Shown in pieces: positions 24,862 through 37,472 of a stretch of 64,000 bases of DNA. The stretch is from Syncephalis fuscata S228. Taxonomy: Eukaryota; Fungi; Zoopagomycota. The notes beneath the pieces were generated by a model, which made no database searches, had not been told where the DNA came from, and worked only from the letters and a program-made list of their open reading frames with translations. Both the position numbers and the translations under genes were made by a program. The stretch lies in NCBI GenBank assembly GCA_025786725.1, contig JAHLTZ010000015.1, positions 1 through 64,000 on the forward strand. Direction: 5' to 3'. Numbering within the stretch: the stretch's first letter is position 1; every line of letters begins with the position of its first letter.

Positions 24862-27800
24862 CTAGTAAATGAGACCATGAATTTGCCATGACGATGATAG
24901 TGTCGATAAAGATGTAGACTCTAAAGAAGATAGATCAAATAGAGAGGATGTCGGTTCAGATGTTTTCGACATTAGCATGGCTTCACTTGTAGCAGCTGTC
25001 ATTGACGATGGCGTAGATGGACTTTGCGGTGATTTATAGACTAGCTTCTGACCATCCATTGATGTCATACCAGAAGTGGTATGGCAGCCATTGTTGTGGT
25101 TATTATCATGTCTTAAAAGTGTACCCAATGTAGAGGCCAATGTTCGTGGATCGGCATCTAACGAAAAGAGCGATTGACCAGCTAAAAGAGTAAAATCAGT
25201 CATTGGATCGGCATCTGTGCTTAATGTTTTTAGTTGTTTATCTTTGCACGTCGTATTTGTATTTGTATTATAAGCGTGCTTTTTTGCATCAGATAAATTA
25301 GATGCAATGTTGTAAATGGGTGCCGAGACCATATTTGGCATAAAAACTGTCGAAGAAGGCTGCTGCTGTTGTTGTTGTGTGATTGGCTGCCAATTAGACA
25401 ATGATAATAAAGCAGCTTCTTCGTTGGATAATAAAGATTTTGACAAGAGTGCTGTCGTTGATCCGTCAATAGCAGATGATTGCAACAAAGAAGGAACGTG
25501 TTGTTGAGCAGCAATAGGGCGAGTGGTCAATGTATTGTAGTACGAAAGATTAAATGAATCTACGGTAGATAATTCTGTTGCAGTTGCTGCGGGCTGTTTT
25601 ATTGGCTGGAAAGTAGAGGTAGAAATAGGCATCAATGCTGCCAAAGTAGTAGAAGTATTAGCAGCCGTCGATATTGCTGCTGTTGTTTTTGTTGTTTTTG
25701 TTGTTGTTGCTGCAGTAGAAATAAAATTGCAATATGATTTTACTGGTAAACAGCCATAATCATAATTTAATTTCATCGATTTGTTATTGCCATTATTAAT
25801 CTTTTTATTAGACTGAGTAAATGGATCGAGCATTAACTTGAGTAGCTGTTCCAAGTAGTTGGCATGTTCCCAAACGACACCTAATTGATTTAACAATGTA
25901 CAAATGGAGTGTAGCTGATTTAATGCTTCCCAGGCTGTCGATGAAGATGGCGATGTGTATTTATCGTGAATCCATAACATAGATGCCGTCCATAGACTAT
26001 AGGCCATAATAGGGTGCTGGTAGAGGAGTGCATCGCCAGTCAACCGATTAGTGAGTCCAGTTAGTAAAATGGCCGATTGTCGATAAGCGTCAAGCGATCG
26101 TCGATCCAATTCCGTTTCAACTCGGTAACGGTAGTTGTGCTGCGGATGTGGTACAAGTATAGATCGGCTAAGTAGCATAAGTGCAGTGTAATATAAACAT
26201 AACAGTGTAATATGTGTAGAAACAGTGGCCAGTTGATGGTCACGCTCAGTAGGATCAACAGCAAGTGGGATATCTGGACAGCCCTGTAGCGATGCCGGCA
26301 ATTGGTGTGAATACCAATAGGCAAGTTCCTGTTCAAGTTGCTGAGCAGTTTCCTGTTCACGTTTAGTGATAAGGGAAGATGAACCAGAAGTGGAGATGGG
26401 CCGAGGCCGATTAACAAATCGTATAACACGTCCAAGAATAACTAGTAATCGAGGAATATAGATTTGACCAGGTAGTCCATCTGATAGTGACAATGACGGA
26501 TTATTCTCCCCATGACTTGTCGCGCCATCTTTCTTCTCCAAGAATGAATAGGCCACTTGAAAGGTGAATTCATCAATACTAACCGGTTTACCGCTGGACA
26601 TGGCTGATAGCTGATTAAGCATGAAACAACACCACCATGCTCGTCGTTTCTCTTCAAGTACGGCCGCTGAATCTGTTTGGATTTCATTGCCAGGCAATGG
26701 TTGTTCATCAAGTAGATGTAGATTTAACCGAATAGCCATACTAGAATGGCACTAATTAGATTACAGTGCATATTAATACAAATAAATTGACTTACCGAGT
26801 ACATTCTGTGTGTAATAGCAATGCATGTGCCTTGGCTGTATGGTTTAAATAATCCATACCGCCACCTGAAGCATGAATACATAGATTGATCAATGCTTGT
26901 AGTGTTGTTAGGTTCAATGGAGACTGGCGCTGTGACACCGATGGCTGGCATGCCTTTAAAGCAAAAATGGATCGATTGGCATAAGCTTGGCCGGCCATGT
27001 GTCGTTCTTTGGTCGACACATTAGGCAGTTGGGCAAATCGAGCCGCTACAGCCAATACACTATATAATAGAGCAGTAGTTGAATGTTCATTGTGTGAAAT
27101 AGTAGTATTATCACCATTTTCAATGCTAGTAGTGGTGCTAGATGATAATGACGCTATCCGCTGCATAAATGTCTTACGATCGAGTAAATAAAAATGCGGT
27201 GCCATAAATCGAAAATATAATTGAATTAAATGGTCACGTAGTGCAGGTGGTGCTTCAACATTCTGACTTTGGTCATCGACTTCTGGTAGTTGTAATCGAT
27301 AATCACCATTCTGTTGCTGGTAGCTTGATGGTTTGAATACTGATGATAGTTCCGGTGATATCGGTTCAGTAGATGATGGAAATGTTTGTGCATAGCCTGG
27401 TGCTGATGGATGTGTTTGTAATAATTGTTCCATCCATTGTAATCGCTTCTCTAATTGAGCTACATAGTTGGCTCGACTACCACGCTTGCGTATTTCCGTT
27501 TGATAATGGCAGGTGAGATTGTAGCGTTGGCAACAGGAGCAGGTTGGTTTAACACTGTCACACTTCACCTTACGACGACGACAAGCATCACAGGCCAGAT
27601 GGCGTGTTGTTCCAGTGGCCATTTGATGATCGTCATTCAAAGCAGCAGTAGCGGTAGGTGTAGTTGGTGTAGTGGCTGATGTAGGAGATGAAAAGGCATA
27701 TTGACCAGGTGAGTTGGTTGATGATGTAAATACAGTAGATGTTACTCCTTTGGTTGTTGTTATAGGCTTTATGGTTTGTTTAGGAGAAGCTATTGAAGGT

Positions 27801-27985
27801 GTAGGAGCAATAGGGCTTAATAAACTTGTGGATATGGTAAGTCCATTAGAATAGCGTTGCTTCTTTGATGGTTGAGTAGCCGGCGCTACTGCAGTTTTTG
27901 TTGGTTGATTAAATGAGGTATCGACGTTATATGTATTCGAGTTGGATGAATGCTGCACGGTAGAGGCCACACGTTTCCGTGCCAT
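24862..27985 (-). CDS. Zn(II)2Cys6 transcription factor 1 with fungal-specific TF middle domain; intron 26741-26795
   Basis: ACDACRRRKVKCDSVKPTCSCCQRYNLTCHY; LEKRL coiled coil; MAIRLNLH...EEKRRAWWCCF. Confidence 0.92.
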
Positions 27986-28110
27986 TATGTAAAAAATCTG
28001 AAGTGAACAATAACAAGAAAAACTGAAATCAATGAGGATAAAGTGTCTTGTAAATAGCAAACGGTTATAGGCAGTGTTGTTGTTAATAACACCAAAATAA
28101 GGTATTGTAA

Positions 28111-28132
28111 AATCCGTTTATTTAAACGGATT
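28111..28132. promoter_or_regulatory. Perfect 10-bp inverted repeat containing CCG-N10-CGG upstream of TF1
   Basis: AATCCGTTTA-TT-TAAACGGATT, about 130 nt upstream of ATG 27985. The palindrome is seen directly; a regulatory role is inferred. Confidence 0.35.
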
Positions 28133-29404
28133 ATAATAAAAAAGGAGAGAAAGATATGGTTGTATGGTTAAGTTCTACTGTGGCAAATAAACTGAGCACA
28201 AACAACGTTAAACTAGTATATTCAAGTGCTTACAAGTATATAATAGAGATGAGACTAATGACTAAAGAGCGAATGAGCAAGTGAACAAGCAACGAAGGTG
28301 CTTCAGAGTCACAGAAGAGTGTTGTTTAATCAATGTGTGTGTGTGTGTGTTTGTGTGCGTGTAGTGCAAGTGTGAACGCAGATTTGCGTCCTTGTTCGGC
28401 GTTAAGGCACTGTGCCACTATTTTCTCTCTTATTGCTGCTTCTATTGGTACAATAGATTTTCTATCCACTATTTGTAGAAGCAGTAATATGAAAGAAAAT
28501 GGCAGTGCAGTGACTACAAATCACATAATAACAATAATAATTATTGCTATTCATGTGGATACAGGAACAGCATGCACGAATGGAGACGCATGCTTCTGTA
28601 TAGGTGTGAGATTTTGATTAAAAAAATGCTTGGTTAACTTGTTTTCGGTCCGAAGAGTACTCAACAATGATTGGTCAGTTACTTGTTGCATATCTGTAAA
28701 TGACACAAGAAAAGCAACAGTATATGTATATGTGGATGAATGGGGTCTATGTAGATGTATTGTGTTCAAGCCACTTTTAAAATAGTACAAAGGCAGTATT
28801 AATCATACGATTTAATGGTCGAAGTAAAGCTTATTTATATAGCTAGTAATCCATCATTGTACCTTTCTGAATGTACAGCGTGTCACATTTTACGTATGTT
28901 AACTTAGCAGATTTATACACTAATAATTCTTATATAGTAATCTATTCAGAAAAAATTTAATGCCGCCATTGTTTTGCTAATGATATTGTTCTATGATCGT
29001 GCTTATTTTTATTATTTATTATTTATTCTTCTTATTCTTCTTATTATTCTATTGATGACATATTCTATAATTATATTTGCTTTTATGTAATTGCTTTTTA
29101 TTTTTTGTTTTATTCCACAAGCAATTCCCTCATCTGTATTTCAGTTTGTTCATAGTCTTTTATGTACAATGTCATTTAATTTATAAATTGTATATATTAC
29201 ATTATTTATTGATTAAATAAAAATAGTTTTTTTTACATTAAACGATTTATTAACTATTTAATGTTTGTTTGAATGTCAAATGACTATATTTAATAATATT
29301 TGCACTTTTAAATTGAGCTTTCTTTCTATTGAACATAAAACTAGGGGTAATTCACATCAGAGTCCAAAATACTTATCATCATAGATTTATTATCCAATAT
29401 GCAT

Positions 29405-30829
29405 TAGCTTTGACATCATTTTATATACTTTCTTACCGTATATTTACCATTCTATATATTATTCTATACTCGTCTAGCCTTTCTCTATCCAAAGCTGTTT
29501 TTATTCTTGTTCCAGCTTTATTATTCATAAAGTTGGACTAGTGTCGATCATTGATCCTGTATACATGCTCATTAACTTGGACATAGCTAGTCGCTATTTC
29601 ACACCGTAAATTTTTTATATTGCATATCATTCAATTGCCTAGTAAATACGCGCTAGCTACTGGAGTTGTTCGTTTGATTCTAGTACAATTATTAATAAAT
29701 CCCAACTCATTTATCTCATTTATTTAGCAAACTATGTGTAATTGAAACCTATAATAACGTAATGTACTTCGTATAGCATAGAATGATATATATAACAGTA
29801 TAAACATACATCGTTAGCAATATAGATGAATAGAATATATATGCATACTGGATAATAAATCTATAATGAGTATCTTAAACTTTAATGTCATTCACCACCC
29901 AACAGCATGTCCAATAGAAAAAATGTTTAAATGCATAAATATTATTAACTGTAGTCATTTGGCATCAAATCACGCTAAACAATAAGCAACTGTTGGCAAA
30001 CAGCATTAGTTATGGGGTGGTATAACATTTAACATTATAGGACATGACGATAAACAGTCGACTGCCGCATCTACGCATTGCTATAGCAGCACTGTGCTGT
30101 TATAGTCGCAATTGCCATAGTACCGATTATAGGTCGGATCAATTGCGGCTATGAACGGTGCTATGAGTTAAACGTTAAGTATTAGCGTTAGCGTTAAGCA
30201 TGACCACCACTGCTAGCGTGTTAATAGCTCAATGTAATTTAGAGGCCAAATAGTTTTATTTATACCATTCGCGTACTTAAACTACATATTCATTATATTG
30301 CACATGGGATGGATGATGAGTGACATTGGCTATCAGGTTTATTATATGATAAATTTACTATCATGAATGCCCTGTATAGCTCTATCTACTGTAGATACCA
30401 CCATATTGTTGCATTCTCGCAGTATTACAATATTGATGTTTGCACTGTATTTATTCTCTACTTTCTACAACTCCATACCAGCCTATTTGGCATTAACTAG
30501 CCCAGCAATCATTAGTCATGAATGACCAGCCTAATACATATTTTAATAAAGCAATAAGTTTATGCATACCCATATTACTTGTCTTATCCGTATATATGGC
30601 TTAATAAACAAAGCTGGTCAAAGTTTATTGGTAATTGCATTGCAAATAAACGAACAACAGTTATGAATAGTACATGGCTGCTACAAAATAAATGAAATAG
30701 GATAGAGCGAATACAAGTGGAAGTGTACGATTATTAGTGTTAAGTGTATAATGCATAGAACCTTATCATCGATGCATAATATTTATGATCATTGTAAATT
30801 TGGATTGTTTGTTATTTACAACAAATATG
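29405..30829. repeat. ~1.42-kb non-coding direct repeat, copy 1
   Basis: Near-identical to 46789-48210 from TAGCTTTGA...TTATATACTTTCTTAC through ...TTTACAACAAATATG. Confidence 0.95.
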
Positions 30830-31046
30830 ACCATCGTAAAACGTAATATTTCTATTTTCAATAGCTATAATTGTGCTAAAAATACACTAATTTTATTTAT
30901 ACTACCTTGAAACGTTGATAAACCATTATTTTACAAACTAAAGCGTAAAATAATTACGCCAATGCTATAAAAGCAAGCAGCATATTAAAAGAGTGGTTTT
31001 AGTGTAGCTAAGTGGCAAAAGATAATAGCAAAATCAATAAAACTAG

Positions 31047-31661
31047 TTTACTTAATAAATTGTTACTTAGATTATGCTTAGCTTTATGTATGATGGAGCA
31101 AATTGTATGATATTTTGCACAAGTATACGTATAACATATAAGTAGCCATTGGTAAAATATATCGTGAATACATTGCGTGATGGTATAATAGTTGCGATAA
31201 TACACTAATAAATGTACAAAATAGCAGTTTTTTTTACGAATCATGACTTATATACTTAAAATACAGCAAAATGGTTGCTAGATTCGAGTTCTCCATGCTT
31301 AGCTGATCAGACTGGTATGATTTATAGAATAATGATTTTTGCAACAAAAGTTAGTCAACAGTGCAATTTACATGTAAATTAGTTAATGAGAATTTGCTAT
31401 GTGTACAACTAAACATGGAGAACTCGAATCTAGCAACCATTTTGCTGCATTTTAGTTGTGTAAGCCATGATCTGTAAAAACTGCTATTTTGTACATTTAT
31501 TAGTGTATTATCGCAGCCATTGTACCATCACGCAATGTATTCACGATATATTTTACCAATGGCTACTTATATGTTATATGTATACTTGTGTAAAATATCA
31601 TACAATTTGCTCCATCATACATAAAGCTAAACATAATCTAAGTAACAATTTATTAAGTAAA
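31047..31661. repeat. Long inverted repeat / foldback: arms about 31047-31304 and 31407-31661, spacer about 100 nt
   Basis: For example AGCAAAATGGTTGCTAGATTCGAGTTCTCCATG vs CATGGAGAACTCGAATCTAGCAACCATTTTGCT. The mirror ORFs 31008-31244(-) and 31467-31706(+) give near-identical translations. Confidence 0.93.
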
Positions 31662-31843
31662 ATATTGCTATTATTTTTGACTCATATATTCCATTTTACC
31701 ACCTAATTACATTAACATCATTCTTTTAAGATAGCCATAGCTACTAAAGATAACAAGTATTACATTTCCATCATAATTATAACTATTAGACATAGCAAAT
31801 GTTACATTTTTATGATGACCATATGTAATAAAATAATAAATGA

Positions 31844-31917
31844 TACGGAACTATTTTACTTTAACCCTGTACTTTTTGGGAATAAAGCTATGGGCCTTGA
31901 AGTAAAATAGTTCCGTA
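31844..31917. other. Stem-loop with 18 perfect bp (20 of 21) just past the TF2 stop codon
   Basis: TACGGAACTATTTTACTTTAA (31844-31864) vs TTGAAGTAAAATAGTTCCGTA (31897-31917). Confidence 0.75.
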
Positions 31918-31935
31918 AAAGAAAAAGGGAATAGG

Positions 31936-34900
31936 CTAGGACGTGGCAATGGTAGGTGTCGTTGCTGCGGTCGTCGTCGTTTGCAGTGTGGCCGGCAAGA
32001 TGAGCTTTGTTGCTAAACTAGTTAAAATTGCCAAGTATGTCTCGGATAATCGCCAGTAAGGTCGACATTCTCGTAAAGCGTTTAGTAAAACGATAAAGCC
32101 GTCCTGTGCAGCTGCACGCATTGGATTATTGACTTCTACTGGACTTTCAAGACAGCGAATGAGAATGATGGCGCAGGTAAGGTAGCAGAAAGGCTGTAGC
32201 ACGTGGCATCGTATTGCTACTCGGCCAAGACCTTGTTGAGCAATCTGTGCCACACTAAGTGCCGATTGTACACATCGCAGCAATGACAAATCAGCAGGAT
32301 TCTGACCAGGCATCTTCTCTATTGATTCAAGCATTTCTGGCGTACTACCACTAACATCAGCAGCAACAATCGCACCTGAACCAAGCGGTGCTGTTGCATT
32401 GACCGTCATAGTCGTAAATGCATCGGGTTGCTTGCCTGTAAGCGATCTATAACGTGCACGATGCAATAGCGCTACTGTTACATTATGGAACGTGTGTAGA
32501 CACATAGCATGTGTAGTATAGCGATTTTCCCCAATAGACCGTTGTAAAATATCATTTGGTGAAAAGCTTAACGATGATGGTAGTGTCTTGGACCAGGCAG
32601 CTAGCAATGCATCAAGATGTTCAAATTCTGCATTCTCTTCTGGAGTAATATAACCAAGTCGTGGTCGAATAACAAATTGGTTAACACGGCCCATAATTGT
32701 GCACAGTTGCAACATATATGCATAGCGACTAAATCTTGTATCTTCCGTCAGGCCAAACTGTGCACCAGGCTCCATTTCAAGAAAGGCTCTCGTATCACTT
32801 GGACCCATCATTACACCAGGATGTTCAGTTGGATTTGCGCCTACTTCCCAGTCGGGATCTGGACTCGGTAATGAAACAGCCATATCGCGCGAATCAATGG
32901 CCGATGGAACACCAGCAGCCATAGCACCAGTGCGATCTATAAGGTAGCACACCCACCAAGTACGTCGTTTTGTCTCTTGAGTAACCCAGTCTTCTGGCTG
33001 TCCTTGTCGACGCGCTACAAGTACTGGATCGTCCAATCGGTGCAGCTTTAAAGACTGTGCCATTCGGGTCGCCATACCTAATTGATAGATAATTAGCTAT
33101 CTTTGGCTGATAAGATAATTCGGTAATTTAAATGCCGAGGTATTAAAATAATTATAGGAAATATAATTGGTCGGTTTAAAAACAACCGACCAACAACTGT
33201 ATTATAATCTGTTTCGTTGTTCTTTTCGTTCAGTTATTATTACTATTAACAACTTAAATAATAGCAATACTAGTAATACTAGTAATACCAGCTCTTTCTC
33301 AAACACACACATATATATGTATATGTTTTTATCCGTCTATTATTTGTTATTCATTATTTACTCACCCATATATACCCAGGCGGTAGAGGCACGACCTTGA
33401 GCGTACTCAAAAATGCCAAGAAATAGTACACCTTGAATACCATGGACCTTAGGCGAACTTTGTGAAATGACCAGGTGTTCTTTTGCTCGTTGTGCAAAAA
33501 ATTCACCTGATGCAAGTAGATGATTTGCCTGCAGTGTTGGATGGTCAGAATAACGCGCTGCATTAGCGCACATAGTCCACAGCAGTAGCGGTGAGACCCG
33601 ACGAGCTGCAAGTTGTTTATAAAATGTCGGTGGATGGATCATGGGTCCTAAAGGATAACAGAAGGTAAAGAAAAGAGAAAGTAGATGTTTTAATAAATCA
33701 TCTGGGACTGGTGGCAGTAAGTAGCATTGCCTATGGGTTCATTGGCAGGCGGCATAGTTGCGTGGACACCAATTGGTATAGATGCTGCACTAGCAGTCAT
33801 TGAAGGTATATGTGACATGGATGGTGGTGGTGGTGGTGTTTTAGGTGACATATTGTTGTTTAAAAATGCACTTCCAGCTGAATTCGATAGTCTGGTTTGA
33901 GATGGTGGTGATGGAGAGACTGACGCTTTAGGTGACATCGATGGTGATGGTGAATGGCTTAGTAAATTTGCCGGATTGAGTGGATCTACACCAGTTGATC
34001 GTGGATTCAATAATAGTAGATCAGCTGATGCTGCGGCTGCTTGAGATGAAGCATTAAGTAGTGAAAGTGTACCGGGATCAACAGTTAAATTGTTACTAAC
34101 TGCCTGTGGTACTTCAGTCATCCAAGCTGCTAATAGAGGATTTAGATCGCCAGGTAGACCTGCTGCAGTTACTGCCGCTAAATGGCCATTGCTATTATTA
34201 CCATGGCTGTTGTGTGAGGCAGTAAGATTGTTTCCGCCTAGCATTGCTGATGGATATTTAACATCTGGTTGCATAACTTGTCCTGATGGCGAAATGGTAA
34301 TATTGGCTAGATCTGGTAGACTAGATGATAGTCGTCGAACAAGACGAGCAGTAGAGTTGATATCATTGCCACCGACATTGTTAGCGCTAAGTAGGCCTGG
34401 AATCGAAGCAAGTCGCAAGTCAAGATCGGGTGGCGGTGCATTGTAGTCTTGCATAATACCAAACATTGCTTGTTGTAAGATTGCCGCCTCTGATACACCG
34501 GCTAAGCCGCCAGCACCTGACATTTGGGCAAATTGAGTCGCCATATTTGGATCGGTGGCAGCAGCGGCAACAGCAGCAGCAGCATTGGCTGCCTCAGTCT
34601 GTGTGCGCAATAGTCGTTCCATTTCCAATAGTCGATTCTCTAGCTTTTCAATATATCCTTGGCGTTGTTTGCGTTTTTGATTACGCGGCTGGTAAGCACA
34701 CTGTATACGCAACTGAATGCATTTGTTGCACGATGGGCGTACGCCATCACATTTAACCTTGCGTCGACGGCAATTATCACATGCTTGTGCTAAACGCTTC
34801 TTTTTGGCAGGTGCTGCCTGATCTGATGCTGTCGATGCTTGCGTCGATGATTTGGACGATGAGTCTTTTGCGCCGCTTTCGCCGGATAGTAGCTGCTGAC

Positions 34901-35093
34901 CATGCAACGATGGCGAGCTTCTTTTACTTGGCACTTCGTCGTCGTCGTCTTCGTCATAATCGTCTTCGTCGTCGTAGTCGTAATCGTCATGGTCTAGATG
35001 ATTGTCATCATTAGGCGATTGAGCTATGTGCTGTTGGCCAGAGAACTGGCTAGCGTCCTTCATATCAGTATCCATTAGGTCGGAGCCGTCCAT
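31936..35093 (-). CDS. Zn(II)2Cys6 transcription factor 2; intron 33078-33365, apparent frameshift near 33720
   Basis: ACDNCRRRKVKCDGVRPSCNKCIQLRIQCAY; YIEKLENRL; PMIHPPTF; AWVYMGMATRMAQSLKLH; ETKRRTWWVCYLIDR. Confidence 0.93.
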
Positions 35094-37472
35094 GGCAGGC
35101 AAGTTAGTTTACAGTACGTAATCAATCTACTTTTGACCGGCAATGATCGAAGGCAAAATAGCAAAGGTACGTACAGTCAAGGACGTCCAAGCTACAATGC
35201 CGTTCGCAGTAGTAATAGTAACAATACCAGTAGGCGTATTGGTAGCCAGATACAGGCACAGCAGTAAAGCAACGTTTAGTGCTAGTGCAGTAACAGGGGT
35301 GTTTAAAGAGTTTAAAACAAGTAAGTCTGTAATAGAAAGATGTGTGTGGCGTGTTGTTGTTTAAGCAAAAAATGTCGTTGCACTGAAATGTCGTCAGTCG
35401 AAGCAATGAAACGGCTTTACTTTACGGCGTGAATAAAGAACAGTAATGAAACAACACGAATAAACCAAAACGCTAAAACTTTGTGTGAAATTACGCAAGC
35501 CAGCAGACAAACAAACAAGTAGCCAGGTGTTGCCACGTTGCCTTATGCATCAACCAAGAAAAAATAAACGAGCAAACAACAACAACTAGTACGTGCGTTA
35601 AACACACGCTGCCTTCGTCAAAATATAATGGAAGATATGGCAAGATGTGTTTGTGTGCGTGTGCGCGTGCATGTGTGTGGGTATAAATAAGTGAGTGTAA
35701 ATTTGTGTGTGCGTGTGTGTGTTTTGTGACCAACGGGTCTATAAAAGCTATTCAAGGCAATTATAATTGCAAATGGGAGATTATCCTTATTAATCATCAC
35801 CACTGCTACGGTACGGCCATAACTTTTTTACATCTCGCTTGAGGCAGTATCAAAATATCAAATCCGTGGGTAAATAAAGCTACATCCGCTCAATGGTCTC
35901 CGCACTCCATGATATTCAGAAACCAAAGAAAAAATAAACAATACTTTGACTATACGGGCATGGCTATATTTGCACGCAGGTGAGAAATAAATACAGGGAA
36001 TAAAGATCCTGGATTTAATAAAGCTTTCTATGTTTGTCTATTGGCTGGTCTGACTTATTTGGTAATAGTTTTATGTGGAGTGGTCGTTGTTGTGATGTTA
36101 CATCTATTCAGTCATTCCAATCATGGGCTCTATTCTGTAGTGCTGCTATGTTGATACTGAAGATAAAGCAATCACATGGAAGCTGAACACTGTTTCATCC
36201 CGCTCTCCATTATTTTCTATTTTATTTATAGTTGCAAGTACCCTATAGTTGATAGGCACCCAACACATTTATTGCAATTCATTTGAAACGGTAAAAAACA
36301 GTCGTGTGCAGAGGACAACATATTTATCTAAATAAATAAATGAAGGAATAAAGGTGCACAGAAACACGGTCGCAGTAGCTATCATAGACGACTGTCGCCA
36401 CCTAACTATTGGGGTTCATCGATCGTCGATTAAAGAGACAGACAGACAGACAGACAGACAGGCAGGCAGGCAGACGGACAAATGAACGCCGACATAAATG
36501 ACCGCATTGTTCTGCCTTGAGCTTTGTTCTTTACTGGTCGAAGCAAATTACTGCCTATTTTCTGCATGTTATACATGTGAATTTTGCACAAGGCGGCTTA
36601 TTTCGACCATGGAAGATTCTTCCTAATTAAAACACTGGCTTTTGTAAAGCTATTCTACCCATAGCAGCCTTATTAGTATTAATACTATATTAATGCTATT
36701 GGTGTTAGATTGCAAGTTAATAAAACTTATTTATTGTTTAAAATAAAAGCATAATGCACGTTATGATAATACTTATTTGTTGTTTTATTCCACAAACGTG
36801 ATAAGAATGTATGGTCGTCGTCATATGAATAGCTCCATACATTAGGCGACAAGCAAGTATGGGAAGCATAAACAGAGTGAATACAGCAAATTACTGGTAT
36901 CGGCGTCATTCGACCATGTAACAAACCACATGATCTGTGCGTGTAGCATGGCAATGCATCCCCAAATAACCTTGAACCGCAACTGACTATTAAACAATTA
37001 GTATACACTAGTATTTTTTTATTTGATGATCCTGCTTTAATCTGTACTCGCTCTTGTGTTTATACTTGTCCACATCAACACACCAACACATTATCAAAGG
37101 TATCGCGCATTTTTGTCACCTTTTATAGCACACACACACACGCACGCACGCATCAGCACAATCCTTTAAGGATTTTATTCAATCTTGAATGCGAAAACAA
37201 TACGGTACAGGGCAACATTTTGCACTTGCTTTAAAACATTAATAGCTAACATTTGTATAAACACTTTTAAATAGCTCAAATAGCAATTGTCTACCATTAC
37301 GTCTATTATATAGACTTTGAAAATAACACCAACAATAGCAACAACAATTATTATACTCACTATCATTAGCATTATTATTATAATCATTTGATTTTATAGT
37401 AATAGACACCCATCATCAGTAATCAGCGTATTACTGTTATTATTGTACGGCAGTATATGAGTGTATTTTACC

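Noticed and set aside
31008-31706. Two near-identical 78/79-aa ORFs on opposite strands
   Set aside because: They are by-products of the inverted repeat, with no recognisable domain.
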